DNA from: an uncultured Mycoplasma sp. | GTDB lineage: Bacteria; Bacillota_I; Bacilli_A; Mycoplasmatales; Mycoplasmoidaceae | Reading direction: 5' to 3' | Length of the DNA: 64,000 nucleotides | Assembly: GCA_949285105.1 (NCBI GenBank) | Contig: CASDXH010000001.1 | Coordinates: 14,180-78,179, forward strand | Shown: piece after piece, positions 1 through 13,204 of the stretch | Numbering within the stretch: position 1 is the first letter of the stretch | Layout: every line of letters begins with the position of its first letter | Translations under genes and position numbers: made by a program | Notes under the pieces: model-generated | The model's input: only the letters and a program-made list of their open reading frames with translations | Told to the model about the DNA's origin: nothing | The model's database searches: none

Positions 1-60
1 GGTGCACTTTTGTTCAACAAGGCTATCAATCATACTTTGTACTTCTGGTAGTTCTGGCAT
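1..60 (-). CDS. mutM: formamidopyrimidine-DNA glycosylase (Fpg/MutM), N-terminal fragment; gene runs off the left edge
   Basis: Reverse-strand ATG at 60-58 preceded by AAGGAG. It translates MPELPEVQSMIDSLVEQKCT, the canonical Fpg/Nei N-terminus (Pro2, Glu3). Confidence 0.7.
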   Translation of the reverse strand, partial: MPELPEVQSMIDSLVEQKCT

Positions 61-72
61 ATTATCTCCTTC

Positions 73-942
73 TTATATGTATTTATTAAACCCAGAGAAA
101 TTGTACTTCTTTATAATTTCTTTAAGTTTCTCATTATCCTTATTTCTTATTTCTAAATCTGTTAAGGGTTTGTTATCAAAATAGTCTAATAAGATTGTTG
201 CAAGTCTTTTACATTTAATCCCAACATCTTTATTCTCAAATATTTTAGATTTAACTGATTTTGATTCAATAAAATCTAAATTCGCAATTATTTTTTCTAG
301 CGTCCCAAAACGTTTTAACAGATCAATGGCTGTTTTATGTCCTATACCTTTAATACCAGGCAAGTTATCAGATGAATCTCCAGCAATCCCTTTATAATCT
401 GGAATTTGACTTGGTTTTAAACCATCATTTAAGTTTTCAAAGTTTTCTTCTGTATAAGTTATTGTTTCACTTATCCCTTTTTTAAAATGGATTACATTTA
501 CATTTTTATTTACCAATTGAAGAATATCTTTATCTGATGTGTAAACATCACAATCAATCCCTGAATCTGATAATACTTTAGCACTTGAACCAACAATATC
601 ATCTGCTTCAATTCCTGGAACACAAAACACATTAAAACCAAAATAAGGCATTATGTCTTGTATAATTGGAATTTGTTTAATTAAATGTTCTGGAGTTTTT
701 ACCCGATTAGCTTTATACTCCTCAAACTCCTCTTTTCTAAAGTTTTTTTCTTTGTGATCAAAAGCTATAATAGCATAATCATATTTTTTAGATTCTAAAA
801 TTTTATAAATTATTAGCATCATAGTTTTAATGGCATTAGTTGGGAAAACATTATTTTTAATAAAAAAATCTAATTGGTTAATTGTCCCATAATATGCTCT
901 AAACATTAACGAGTTGCCATCTATTATTAGTGCTTTTTTCAT
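73..942 (-). CDS. 5'-3' exonuclease (Pol I N-terminal domain-like, FEN family)
   Basis: Intact 289-aa ORF, MKKALIIDGNSLMFRAYYG..., with IEADD, GDSSDNLPGIKGIGHKTA (H3TH) motifs typical of 5'-3' exonuclease. It has no polymerase domain, as in Mollicutes. Confidence 0.9.
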   Translation of the reverse strand: MKKALIIDGNSLMFRAYYGTINQLDFFIKNNVFPTNAIKTMMLIIYKILESKKYDYAIIAFDHKEKNFRKEEFEEYKANRVKTPEHLIKQIPIIQDIMPYFGFNVFCVPGIEADDIVGSSAKVLSDSGIDCDVYTSDKDILQLVNKNVNVIHFKKGISETITYTEENFENLNDGLKPSQIPDYKGIAGDSSDNLPGIKGIGHKTAIDLLKRFGTLEKIIANLDFIESKSVKSKIFENKDVGIKCKRLATILLDYFDNKPLTDLEIRNKDNEKLKEIIKKYNFSGFNKYI

Positions 943-945
943 GAT

Positions 946-3891
946 TTATAACCATTCCTTTATTGAAACTATTTGTCTTCCTCTTGAACCACTTTTAATA
1001 TCGACTACAACACGTTTACCTTTGTAATCAGTATCTGCATCAAATAGTGCTGATATAAAACAAGCTGCATCAAAAGTATTGTTTTCAAAATCTATAAAAC
1101 TTACAAAGTACATTGTCTTATCTGTTTTAGTTTTAGTTTTTCTTACAGATTTAATTGTTGCTAATGTTGTGAATTGAGAAACTGAATCATCAACATCTTT
1201 AAAAGATATACAATTGTATTTTCCAACTAGTGGGTCTTCACTTTTTGATGGCTGAATTAATTCTTTATCATTTGGGTCTGGGAAATAGATACCAAGTATT
1301 TCAACCATTTTATCCCTTATTTCATCAAGACTAATTTTATTTACGTCAACAGAACTATGTTTTGTTGATTCTGGAACATCTCAGTAAGCTGCTTGGCTAT
1401 CGCCTTCTTGGAGTTTCAAAATTAATTCTCTTCTTGATACTCCAAAACTATCAAAGGCTCCAGCATAAATTAAAAGATCAATTATAGTTTGATTAATTTT
1501 GTAATCCTGTAAAACTCTGTATGCATCAGTGTATGAATCAAATTTTTTGTTATCAGTATTTTCTCTTGCTTCAATAATTTTTTTGGCTTTTTCATCTCCA
1601 ATGCCTTTTATTGAGCCAAAACCAAACATAATTGAGTTTGTTGATAATCTAAATGTTTTTAATGAATTATTAATACTTGGTGGTAATACTTTAATTTTAA
1701 GTCTGTCGCATTCTTTAACATATGTTCTTGTTTTTTCTTGGTTGCCATCAAATGATGTCATAAGAATGGCCATGAATTCAACAGGATAATAGTATTTTAA
1801 ATAAGATAATCAATACCCAATTAATGAATATGCTATTGAGTGTGAATGATTAAATCCATAATTGGCAAAAGTATAAATATAATTAAATATTTCATCAAGT
1901 TCTTTTGTAGAATAACCATTTTCTTTTGCTTGGTTATAGAACTTAACTTTAAAACCTTCTAGTTCATCACCTTGTTTTTTAGAAATAATTCTTCTAAAAA
2001 TATCAGCCTCACTAGCGGAGAAATTTGCAATTCTTTGTACTAACGAAATAACTTGTTCTTGATAAACTATTATTCCATATGTATTTTCTAATATATCTTT
2101 ACACTTAATATCAACATAATCTACTTTTTCTTTTTTGTCTCTTCTAGCAATAAAAGACTTTATATTTTGTTGAGGTCCTGGTCTGAATAAAGCAGAACAT
2201 AAAGATATATCTTCAATACATTTAGGTTTCATTTGTTTAATTAAAGATCTCATTCCAGGAGACTCTAATTGAAAAATTCCTAATGTGTTCCCCATTGAGA
2301 TATCACTAAAAACTTTTTGATCTTCTAGATTAATTTTATATAAGTCAATTTCTAATTTATATCTCATGTTAATAAGGGTTAAAATGTTACTTATTGTCGT
2401 TAGGTTAGTTAAACCTAGCAAGTCCATTTTAATTAACCCAAGTTCTTCTAAATACTCCATTGAGTATTGAGTAACTATTTCCTTGTTCGCACCTAATTGG
2501 ATAGGAATAGTTTCTACCAATTTGTTTTTTGATAAAACAATACCTGCAGCATGAATTCCTATCTGTCTTGGGAATCCAATTATTTTATTAGCAATTTCAA
2601 ATAATAATGGATTATTGTTTTTCTCTAATTTCAAAATTTGATTTGATTCAACATAATCTAAAAAGTTATCCTCCAAATCATTTGGAAACTCTTTTGATAT
2701 TTTATTAATTGTTGGTAAAGGAATTTTTAAAACTCTACCAACGTCTCTAATTGCCATCTTTGCTTTTAGTCTTTGAAAAGTTGAGATATGAGCTACATGA
2801 TCATATCCATATTTTTCAAAAATATAATCAATGATTTCTTGACGTCTTGTATCCATAATATCAATATCAATATCTGGCATACTTAGTCTTCCTGGATTTA
2901 AAAATCTTTCAAAAACTAAATCATATTTAATGGAGTCAATTGAAGTAATTCCTAATAAATAAGCAACTAAAGAACCAGCGGCTGAACCTCTTCCTGGACC
3001 AACAAGAATTTTCTTATTTCTTGCTTCTTTAATGAAGTCTTGGATCACAAGGAAATAATCATTGAAACCCATGTTATGAATGATATCTAATTCATAGTTC
3101 ATTCTTTTAATATAAATATCTTTTTTATTTTGATCTATGAAACCAGCTAATATTTTTTCATTTAATCCTTCTTGGCAAAGTTTGTTAATATAAACTTTTG
3201 AAGAAAGGTTAGATGTATTTTTAAATTCAATAAGGTTATCATGTTTAGTGTCAAAAACTAAATCTATCTCCTTTATTTCTTTTGACAAATTTGACATTGC
3301 AACGTCATCAAACAACTTAGAAAAATCTTTAGGAGTTATAAAGTGTTTTAACTCTTCTTTATCATCATCTAAATCTATTTCATCAATAGTTTTATTATCT
3401 TTGACAGCACCTATAACTTTAAGTGTTTTTAAATCATTATTATCGTTTAGTCTTACTTCATTTATTGCAATTCTATTTTCTTTAGTTTGGTCTTGAGAGT
3501 AAATGTTTGTTTTCTTGCTATTAAAGTTTGAACCAACTTTATTAACTAAAAAAACATTTTTATCTAATAATATTTCAATATCAAATTCTTTTTCTGTAAG
3601 AATAAAAGAAGAAATTTTGATAAGACTTTTAAATCCATCAAAATTTTTTGCATATACTAAAAAATTAAAATCTTTGTAATTAACATCAAGCCCAATAATT
3701 GGCTTTAGTTTATTTTTTAAAGCTAGTTTATAAAACTCAAAAGCACCATACAAATTAACATCTGTAACTGATGCATATCCAATGTTATTTTTAATAGCAA
3801 AATCTATAATGTTTTGAAAATTAACTGTTGAAGATAGTAAAGAATATGAAGAATATGTGTTTAAATTTGGAACAATAAAATTATCTTTCAT
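946..3891 (-). CDS. dnaE: DNA polymerase III alpha subunit DnaE
   Basis: Track fragments 1810-3891, 1381-1773 and 946-1308 share one frame. The gaps contain only TGA (checked). N-terminal PHP domain, GPGRGSAAGSLVAYLLGIT and FNHSHSIAYS motifs. 981 aa. Confidence 0.95.
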
Positions 3892-4129
3892 TAAGTATTT
3901 TTTTAATGATCTCTTTTTCTTGTTTGCTTAAAGTATCGTTATCAAGTCTATACTTTAATTCTTTTGTGCTTAAACTACTATATCTTTCATAAGTCAATTC
4001 ATCTTCAGTTTTTGACAAATTAAAGTTATGAATATCAATTTTTGTAGTCTCTTCTTTTCTATTATCTTCTAATAATTGTTTTCTATATTCATCTTTAACT
4101 TTTTTATCTTTATTTTTCTTAAAAAACAT
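3881..4129 (-). CDS. hypothetical small charged protein (82 aa)
   Basis: Intact ORF overlapping the dnaE start by 11 nt. Lys/Glu-rich, no motif I recognise. Confidence 0.4.
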   Translation of the reverse strand: MFFKKNKDKKVKDEYRKQLLEDNRKEETTKIDIHNFNLSKTEDELTYERYSSLSTKELKYRLDNDTLSKQEKEIIKKILNER

Positions 4130-4158
4130 ATACTATTACCTACCGAATTAATTATAAA

Positions 4159-5127
4159 TTAATTAACTAAGTTTAAATCATTTAAATATTGCTTTAATCT
4201 ATTAACAACTTTATAGAATTCTCTTTCGCTATCTAAAGTAAATCCAGCAGCGAACTTGTGACCACCACCACCAAGTTCATTAGCGATATGGTTGATTTGA
4301 ATATCCCTACTTCTAATAGATCCTTTTCAGCTTTTTGTTTGTTCATCAAAATAGATAGTAGTTCAAATATATACATTTTTGATGTCACTTAATAAGTGAA
4401 CCATTGATAATTGAGGAAAGATGTGGAATTTATTATGTGCCCCTTTAGGTATTACAAAGTAAGCAACACCATCTTCAATTTTTGCTCTCTTCATTAAATA
4501 ATTTGTAAATAGAATTTGAGATTTTTCTCTAAGATAAACAGCATCATGTACATCAATTCTACTAAAACCTGTTGAAAGTAACTTCCCAGTTATTTCATAA
4601 GTTGATGGTAAAGTATTTGTGTGTAAAAATCTTCCAGTATCTGTAATGATTCCAGCATATAAATATTTAGCACAATCTGAAGTTAACTTTAATTTACTTT
4701 CAATAAATAAAGTAGCTCACATTTCACAGGCTGCTGGCATCATAGGATCAATTCATTCATAGTCTGCAATTGTTTCAACTTGCGGGTGATGATCAACCCT
4801 TATAGTTTCTTTACATATTGTGTTTCTTCTTGAGTAAACTCTAGAAGCATTAGCAGTATCTGAAATAATACCAAGAGATGATGCTAAAAATTCATCTGAA
4901 GCTGCATTTTCTTTTTTATCAAATTTGAATAGAGTAGAACCATATATTTCTGGCAAAGTATCAAGACCAATAATTTTAACTTTCTTATTTTGGAAATTGC
5001 TATTAATAAATTCTTTTAAAGCAAAGCAAGATCCAAGGGCATCAAAGTCAGGTCTTTCATGAAAGAATAATGATATATTGTCATACATGTCTATCTTACT
5101 AAGAATGGCATCAAGAATACTTTTCAT
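4159..5127 (-). CDS. DHH-family phosphoesterase (NrnA-like bifunctional oligoribonuclease/pAp phosphatase)
   Basis: N-terminal fragment 4753-5127 carries HERPDFDALGS and VDHHP (DHH motif). The frame stays open through TGA codons down to TAA at 4159-4161 (checked). 322 aa. Confidence 0.85.
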
Positions 5128-5130
5128 TTT

Positions 5131-6288
5131 CTACCCCTCAATAATTCTTAAATTTTTTATAGCACTATTTTCTAATAATTCTAATAGTTCTAGACTTTTT
5201 TCATTTATTTTTGCACGCTTAATTGTTGGTCTAGTAATTGGATTTTTCGGTGCAAATAAAGAACAAATATCTTCATGGTCTGTAATAGAAATATCATAAG
5301 TCCCAATTTCTCTTGCAATTTTAATAATATCATTTTTGTCATATGTTAAAAGTGGTCTAAATACTATCATGTCATTAACAACTGAATTTATTGTTGTCAT
5401 ACTTTCAATAGTTTGAGATGCCACCTGACCCAGTGAGTCTCCACAACATAAAGAATCATACTTTAAAGACTTAGCTAATTGGTTTGCTATTCTATAAAAA
5501 CTTCTTCTCATTAATGTTATTCTATACTTCTCATCCCTTGCATGAGTTAATTCATGCTGTATCTTTGTAAAATCCACAATATAAAATTTGGGTTTAAATA
5601 TTTTACCATTTAAAGTTACTTTATTTATCAAGTTTTTAATTTTATCAATTGTTTTTTGTGTAACTTCAGAAGTAATGAAAGTTAAATAATCTACAGACAA
5701 ACCTTTCTTTTGAACCAGAAAAGATGCCACTGGAGAATCAATCCCCCCAGAAATTAATGAAAGACACGAACCATTCAATCCAATAGGCAATCCATTACAT
5801 CCTTGAATTCTATTGAAATAAAATAATGATTTATCTTTTCTTAATTCTATTCATATGCAAAGATTTGGATTATGAACATCAACTTTTAAATTTGAACAAG
5901 AAGCTAAAAGTTTGGTTGCTACATATCTTTTTATTTCTAAATGATCTAACCCTATGTCATATTTTCTTTTAAGTTCAATTTTAAAAGTTGTTTCTTGCTG
6001 AGGAATTATTTTCTTAATTGATTCAGATATTTTGTCCAAATCAGTTTCAGTTTCATAGGCTTCTATAATATACATTATTCCTGGAGTTAAAGAAAGAATT
6101 TTTATAATGTCTTGTTTTTCAGAAGCATTATTGAAAAGCACTTTTGCACAATCAATTTGTTTTTCAACAACAACATCATATCCATTTAGAGAACTTTTTA
6201 TATTTTTAATTAACTGGTTAATAAATTCATTTTTATTATTACCCTTTAATGTTAGATCACCATACTTTATATATATAATCTCTTTCAT
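5131..6288 (-). CDS. thiI: tRNA 4-thiouridine(8) synthase ThiI
   Basis: Fragments 5851-6288 (ferredoxin-like/THUMP N-terminus) and 5131-5790 (PP-loop SGGIDSPVA) are in one frame, joined through a TGA. 385 aa. Confidence 0.9.
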
Positions 6289-6480
6289 CTAACCTCCAGG
6301 GGATATTATATTATGATAATACAAAAATTAACTTTATCAAATTTAGAATAAATTAAAATAATTCACCAAAAAAATTATATATGAATGCAAATAAATAATT
6401 GCTTTATTTTAAAATTCTGTTTCCAAATTACAAAGTAAAAATATTTATCTAATATTAAAATAAAACTATTGAGGTGAAAT

Positions 6481-7125
6481 ATGAACAAAAAAATAGAAGC
6501 ATCAATTTTAGCTTTTGAAAAAAATTTTTTCAAATTTAAAAAAACATCAAAACTTATGTGAGAACAAGGTATTACAAACATTCATTATGATGTAATGGAT
6601 GGGATATTTGTTCCCAACACTGCATATAATGGCGAAAGAATAAACTTACTTAAAAAAATAGGATTTAAAATTAGCGTCCACTTAATGGTCACAGATGTTG
6701 AAAAATATATAAAAAAATTTGTTTACAAGAACATTGATTATTTGACATTCCATTGCGAAGCAACAGATAAAAATAAAGCGATGGAAATTATTAAATTTAT
6801 CAAAGGGAAAAACATAAAAGCTGGGATAGCAATAAAACCAGAAACTCCAATAGAATATTATATAGAACTTATAAGAATGAGTGACATTATCACTGTCATG
6901 GGTGTTCAACCTGGATTTGGTGGACAAAAATATATTCCCCAAACTACATACAGATTAAAAGAGTTGTCAAAATTAAAACCTGAAGGTTGTATCATCCAAC
7001 TTGATGGTGGTGTTACAACAGAGATAATAAAACTAACAAAAGAATATGTTGATTCTTTTGTTAGCGGAAGTTTTTTAGTTAAAACAGAAAATAAGAAAGA
7101 AATTTTAGACTTATTAAATAACTAA
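6481..7125 (+). CDS. rpe: ribulose-phosphate 3-epimerase
   Basis: ATG at 6481 follows GAGGTG. It reads MNKKIEASILAFEK...LMWEQGITNIHYDVMDG, with one TGA=Trp, into track ORF 6595-7125 (GVQPGFGGQKYIP, DGG). 214 aa. Confidence 0.9.
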
Positions 7126-7976
7126 CTTTTCTTAAGGTCACTTAATCAGAATTTGTCATCATCACCAAGTTCTGGACTAATACCTGAAATAATGTGTTGG
7201 TTATATCAATCTCTTGCAATATCTATAATTTTACTAAATGCATCACGATCCAAAGTTAGTTCTACTAATTCAATTTTTCTTGTCTTTGGATCAAATTCCT
7301 CTGGTCTTGCATAATCTTCTTTTTCTAAGAAAGCGATTGCAAAAATACCTTTAGATATATTTCTTAAATATAGATATAAAGAAAGTTGAAGTTTATATTC
7401 TAATGGAACTTCAATTTCTTTTTTTTCATTGTATCAAGATTCAAGCTTTCCTCCTTTTAATTTAACAAGCGGAATATTTTCGTCATCTTTTTGAAGTTTC
7501 AAAACACCGTTTTCATTTTTATAAACAAATGAATCTATAGATGTAGTTTTTATTTCAAGCATTGGCAAATTTTTATCATATAAAAAATTACCATTGTTAT
7601 CAATTGGTTCCCCATCTGGAATACCACCAAATATTGGGTCATCAAAAACGTCTCATTTTACTTCAAATGGATTATATTGTTTAAAAGAAATATCTAATTT
7701 TTCTTCAACATATTTTTTGACTTTTGGTTCAATAGCGTTTCCAACAAATGATAGGGTTTCATCCATTTCTTCATAATAAATGTTTGTCATCATTGCCCAC
7801 ATTTTTGCTGGAGAAGTATATTGGTTTCTATTAATTATAGAAGCTAGTCTACTACCAGTAATCTTTTTGAACTTTTTATTGTTTGCTAAAAGATAGTCTG
7901 TTGAAAGATGTATTCTATTGTTTTTGATTGTAAAATCTACACCATATTTAGCTTTAAAAGGCATCTTAAACCTCAT
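7122..7976 (-). CDS. putative PD-(D/E)XK / YqaJ-like nuclease
   Basis: Fragment 7653-7976 continues in frame through four TGA codons to TAG at 7122-7124 (every codon checked). Contains DGEPID...LPMLEIKTTS...EYKLQLSLYLY, which matches a D...E-x-K nuclease core. 284 aa. Confidence 0.5.
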
Positions 7977-8106
7977 GTAATTAAATAATATTTTAATTAT
8001 ATAGAAAAACTTACTAATTTATAAAATTGTAACATTTGTTAAATGTACACTGTGGTTTTTAATCATTAAATAAGTTTTATAAACTAAAGAAATTCATAAA
8101 TAAAAA

Positions 8107-8134
8107 CTCTACTATGTTTTGCAACATAGTAGAG
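8107..8134 (-). terminator. rho-independent terminator after ispD
   Basis: Perfect 12-bp stem ctctactatgtt/aacatagtagag with a 4-nt loop, followed on the minus strand by a T-run. Confidence 0.6.
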
Positions 8135-8153
8135 CTGAATTTTTAAACCTGAA

Positions 8154-8858
8154 TTACTCATAGTTATTTTGTGCGACAATTTTTAATGCAACCTCATAAT
8201 CGAATTCAGTTGTTATTTTAAAGTTTTTTGATTCGCCAATAACATTACTTATTACAACATTATTTAAATAAAATAATTTAATTACATCATTAATTTCTTG
8301 GTCATTAAAATTTGTTGCAAGTTTGTTATAGGATCTTAGTTTAAAAGATTGTGGTGTTTGAACACAATAAAATTTACTTCTATTTGGATAGCTTAATATA
8401 TTGTTGTTTATATCCATTTCTAATAATGAATCAATTGTTGGAACAATTGTATTTACAACTCCAAAGTACTCTAGTCTTTCAATGTGGTTATTAATTAATT
8501 CATCGCTAACAAATGGCCTTGCTGCATCATGAGTAATAATATTAATTTCAAATACCTTATAAGCTATAGTGTCGTTAATGACTCTAATTGCATTGTTTAA
8601 ACTATCATATCTTGTTGGACCTCCAGAACAAACAATTATTTTTTTATCTTGATACTTATTTTTTACTTCTGCTTTTATGTGTTCAACATATTCAAAATTT
8701 GTAACAAAGAAAATTAAATCAATATTTGGATTTTTATAAAAGGTATTAAGACTATAATGATAAACTCTTTTATCATGACCTAATGGAAGAAATTGTTTAG
8801 GTAAGGATGAGTTAATTCTTTCTCCAATGCCTGCAGCTAAAATAATACCTATGTTCAT
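8154..8858 (-). CDS. ispD: 2-C-methyl-D-erythritol 4-phosphate cytidylyltransferase (IspD/TarI family)
   Basis: Intact 234-aa ORF with ILAAGIGERINSSLPKQFL, GGPTRYDS, HDAARPF and QTPQSF motifs. RBS AGGAG. Confidence 0.8.
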   Translation of the reverse strand: MNIGIILAAGIGERINSSLPKQFLPLGHDKRVYHYSLNTFYKNPNIDLIFFVTNFEYVEHIKAEVKNKYQDKKIIVCSGGPTRYDSLNNAIRVINDTIAYKVFEINIITHDAARPFVSDELINNHIERLEYFGVVNTIVPTIDSLLEMDINNNILSYPNRSKFYCVQTPQSFKLRSYNKLATNFNDQEINDVIKLFYLNNVVISNVIGESKNFKITTEFDYEVALKIVAQNNYE

Positions 8859-8867
8859 ACTCTTCTC

Positions 8868-11800
8868 CTAAAAAAATGATATTTGATTATCATCTTCTAA
8901 ATGTTTTAACACACCAAGTTCATTTAATATACTTAGATGCGTTTTAGTTAATTTAGTTCTTTCCATTAAATCTTCTTTAGAAGTAAACGGACGTTCTTTT
9001 CTTGCTTCTACAATTGAATTAGCAACTGCTTCACCCAATCCATCAATAGCACTAAAAGGTGCTATTAGATGTGAATCCTCAACCACAAATTCTGTTGCTA
9101 AAGACTTGTTTAAATCAATATTCTTTATTGCATATCCTCTTGCAACCATTTCTAAACAAATTTCATATATTGGTAATAAATCTCATTCTTTGTTTGTTAC
9201 TGTAGATTTAGTTTTGTTATTATAGTATCTTTTTTTAATATCATTTATCTTGTCTTCAATAGCGTGCTTTCCAGCTATGATTGAACGAAGATCAAATGAC
9301 TGAGTTCTAATAGACAAAAACGAAGAATAAAAATATAGTGGATAATAGATTTTAAATCAAGCTATTTTTCAAGCCATAATAACATAAGCTGTTGCATGAG
9401 CTTTTGGGAAAAGATATTGAATTTTATTACAAGAATTAATGTATCATTCAGGAATGTTTTTTTCTTTTAAAAGCTTTTCATATTCAGGTGTTAGTTGTTT
9501 ACCTTTTCTTATGTCTTCCATTATCTTAAATGACTTAAGTGAATCAATTCCTTTTTGAATTAGATAAACCATGATGTCATCTCTACATGAGATAACTTCT
9601 GAAATTTTAACTCCACCAGTTTCAATTAAATCCTTTGCATTATTTGTTCAAACAAATGTACCATGAGATAAACCAGAAATTCTTATTAGATCTGAGAATT
9701 TTTTAGGTCTAATTACAAGTAGCATTTCTTTAACAAAGTTTGTACCAAACTCTGGAACTCCATTTGTACCAACCTTAAGAATTTCATTAACATCACCGAA
9801 TTTTAAATCTAGCGATTCTGTAGAACTAAATAGCTCCATAACCTTGTCATCATGCATTGGTATTGTATCTGGATCAACATTTGTTTTTTCAGTAAGCATT
9901 TTTAATACTGTTGGATTATCATGTCCTAGAATATCAAACTTTAGTAAGGTGTCATGTAAATATTCAAAAGCAAAGTGGGTTGTTAATCAACCTTGTGATT
10001 TGTCATCTGCTGGATAATTTACCGGTGTGAAATCATAAACATCAAATTCGTTTGGTATTACTATAATACCACCAGGGTGTTGGCCGGTTGTTCTTTTAAC
10101 ATCTTCACACTTAGTGGCCATTCTAGTAATTTCAGCACCTCTCACTTTATCTTTACCAATGGATTCAAAGTAACCTTTTACAAGACCATAAGCTGTTTTT
10201 TCAGCAACAGTACCAATTGTACCTGCACGAAGCACTTTGCTTTTACCAAACATTTCTCTAATAAATTCATGAGCTCTACTTTGATAAACTGCTGAAAAGT
10301 TTAAATCAATGTCTGGGATTTTGTCTCCATCAAATCCCATGAAGGTTTCAAATGGGACATTGTGTCCATCACTAATTAATTTGTTATTACAGTAAGGGCA
10401 ATTTTGATTTGGCAAATCAAAACCACTTTGATATTCATTCATAAATTTAATGTACTTACAATTTGGACAAAGATAATGGGGAGGAAGTGGATTTACTTCT
10501 GTTATGTTAACAAGTCATGCTGCAAGAGAAGAACCAACAGACCCTCTTGAACCAACCACATAACCATCATTAATTGACTGCTTAACAAGTAGGTGCGAGA
10601 ATCAATAAATCATTGCATATCCATTGCTAATAACAGATTCTATTTCCCTATTAATTCTATCCAATATAATTTGATCTATTTTTTCTCCATAGATTTTTCT
10701 AGCATTTTCATAAATTAATTCTTTTAATTTTTCTTCTGCACCATTAATTGAAGGAGAAAATAATTCATCTTTAATAGGTTTAATTTTTGGTTCAAACATG
10801 TCTGCAATAGCATTTGGGTTTTTAACAACTATTTGTTCAATCAACTCTTTATCTTTTAAGAAGCTAAATTCATGTTTCATTTCTTGTGTTGTTCTATAAA
10901 ACAAATCAGGCATTACTTCATTTTGCCCATCATATCTATAGAATCTATGTCTTTTACCACCAATTGATTTTGAATGTACATATACATCAAAAAATTGTTT
11001 ATCAGATCTATTAATATAATATGTGTCAGAAGATGCTATCACTAATTTATTTAATTCTTTTGCAAATTTAATGATTCTTTTTGTTGCGTCAATGTAAGCT
11101 TCTTGAGAATAAACTTTTCTACTTATTTCATGGGCAAAACAAGATAAAGGAGATATTGTTATAAAGTCATAATATGATATTGCTTTTTTAAGTTCTAAAT
11201 CTGTATCTGACATCGCTTTATCAATAAGTTCTCCCTCAGTTGGTGAGTTTGAAATAAGAAAACATTTTTTATTATCATCAATATTTTCTTTATATATTTT
11301 TGCACCTTCATAGAAGTTATCTGTAAGTGATATTGAAACTAATTTATAAAAGTCTCTCATGAATTCTTTTTTAAGACAGTAAACTGTAACCCAATGTCCT
11401 CTAGTTCTAGATTTTAAGTATTCATTATTTTCCAATCTTTCATTAATTTCTTTAAAAGTGAATATTTGTTCTTTTTCCAAAATTTCAATGAATTTTTTTC
11501 ATACTGATAACAAATATTCACAGTCCACTAATGATCTATGAGCTACAGTTTCATCATAGTTAATTTTAAACTTTCTACAAATTGCTCCTAGTGTGTGTCC
11601 AGATATTTGTTCATTCAATGCTCTTGATAAGTAAAGAGTATCAACTGAAGTATTTGTTATTAAAGGCATATTGTGTTCTGCAAATTTACAATTTAAAAAA
11701 GGAATATCAAATTTAAATCCGTTATGTGCAACTATAATAGCATCACCAAAAAACTCTCTTATTTTTATTAGGGCCTCTTTTATAGAAATACCTTTTTTAA

Positions 11801-13187
11801 CATCCTCATTTGTTATCTGTGTAATTTTTGTAATATGCTCTGGAATATCAATTCCTGGATTTACAAAGAACTCAATTTTATCAATAACTTTACCTTTAAA
11901 ATATTTGATTGCACCAAATTCAATTATCTTGTCATAATAACCAGATAACCCTGTGGTTTCCAAGTCAAAGAAAACTATTTCACAATCATAAGGTTTTTTA
12001 TCAATTGGATTAATAACAAGGTTAATATTTTTTTTAAGCATTTCAAATTGAGCACCATATATTACATCAATATCATTTTCTTTTGCAAGCTTAGCTGCAA
12101 CAGGAAAAGACTGACAATCAGATTTATCTGTAATGGCAACTTTTTTGTGCCCTAGTTCTTTAAGTGTTTTAAATAATTCTTTGGGTTTTACTAAACCCTC
12201 AGAAGCTGTCATATTAGTATGAACTATAAATTCAACTCTTTTTGTTGGTTCATCATCTACTCTTACAAATTCAGAAGGAATAGAAATAGCTTTCATTGCA
12301 GTTATAGTTCCAGATATATCATTGTTCTCAAATGGATCTAACTGAATCTTAACATTCGCTTCAATTCAATGACCTATTTTAAAACTATCTATATATTCTT
12401 TTGTGATTCCTTTTTCTTTAGGAAATATTTTTAATACAATAGAGTCTGTATGGTCTGTAATATAGAATTTGATAATGTCATGTCCTGTTTTAGTTTTGAC
12501 GCTATCAATTTTAAATATTTCACCTCTTACACAAGCATAAAGCATTTCATGGAATATGTTGGCAAGGGGAGTTATATCACCTTTTTTTACCTTATTAAAT
12601 TGTTTAACTTCCTTACTTTGAAAGTTCATATTTTTACTTGATTCAAGTAATCTTTTGACTTGCGAATTAACTATTTCTTTCTTATCTTTTTTATGGTTAT
12701 AAACTTCTGTTGTAATTTTATCGATTGATAATTCAATATCATCAAATACAAAGTCACATCTTTCTAAGAACTTTTTAAAAGAGCTCTTATTTTGATTTAG
12801 AACATATTCTTCATTTTGATTTAAATAATATAAATTAAAAATATGATTTTCATAAGTTGCTGTTCTTCTATTTAAAATATTCAAAAGAATATCCTTATTA
12901 TTTAAATTGTTCTTATCAATAAAATAAAGTAAATAATCAATAAGATTATTTACATTAAATTCAGAATAATTAGCTGTGAAATTTATATCGATTGTTTTAT
13001 CAATATTTTTGATTTTATTTAGTATGTGAAAATATCTTTTAGGTTCGATTGGCTGATTTAACTCAATATTAATTGAGATGACACCATCTATATTTTTAGC
13101 ACTACATTTAATCTTGTCAGATAGATAATTAATATCCTCTTTTTTGATTAAGTTTATGCTGTAAAAAAAATCAAGGAATTTTTTCAT
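8868..13187 (-). CDS. polC: DNA polymerase III PolC-type
   Basis: Six track fragments (12366-13187, 11499-12296, 10602-11480, 9987-10442, 9648-9899, 8868-9149) share one frame. All gaps checked: only TGA. Has the DEDDh exonuclease block ([21 protein letters not shown]) and a Zn-finger CPYCN. 1439 aa. Confidence 0.95.
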
Positions 13188-13204
13188 CTTAATGGTTTTC
13201 CTTT

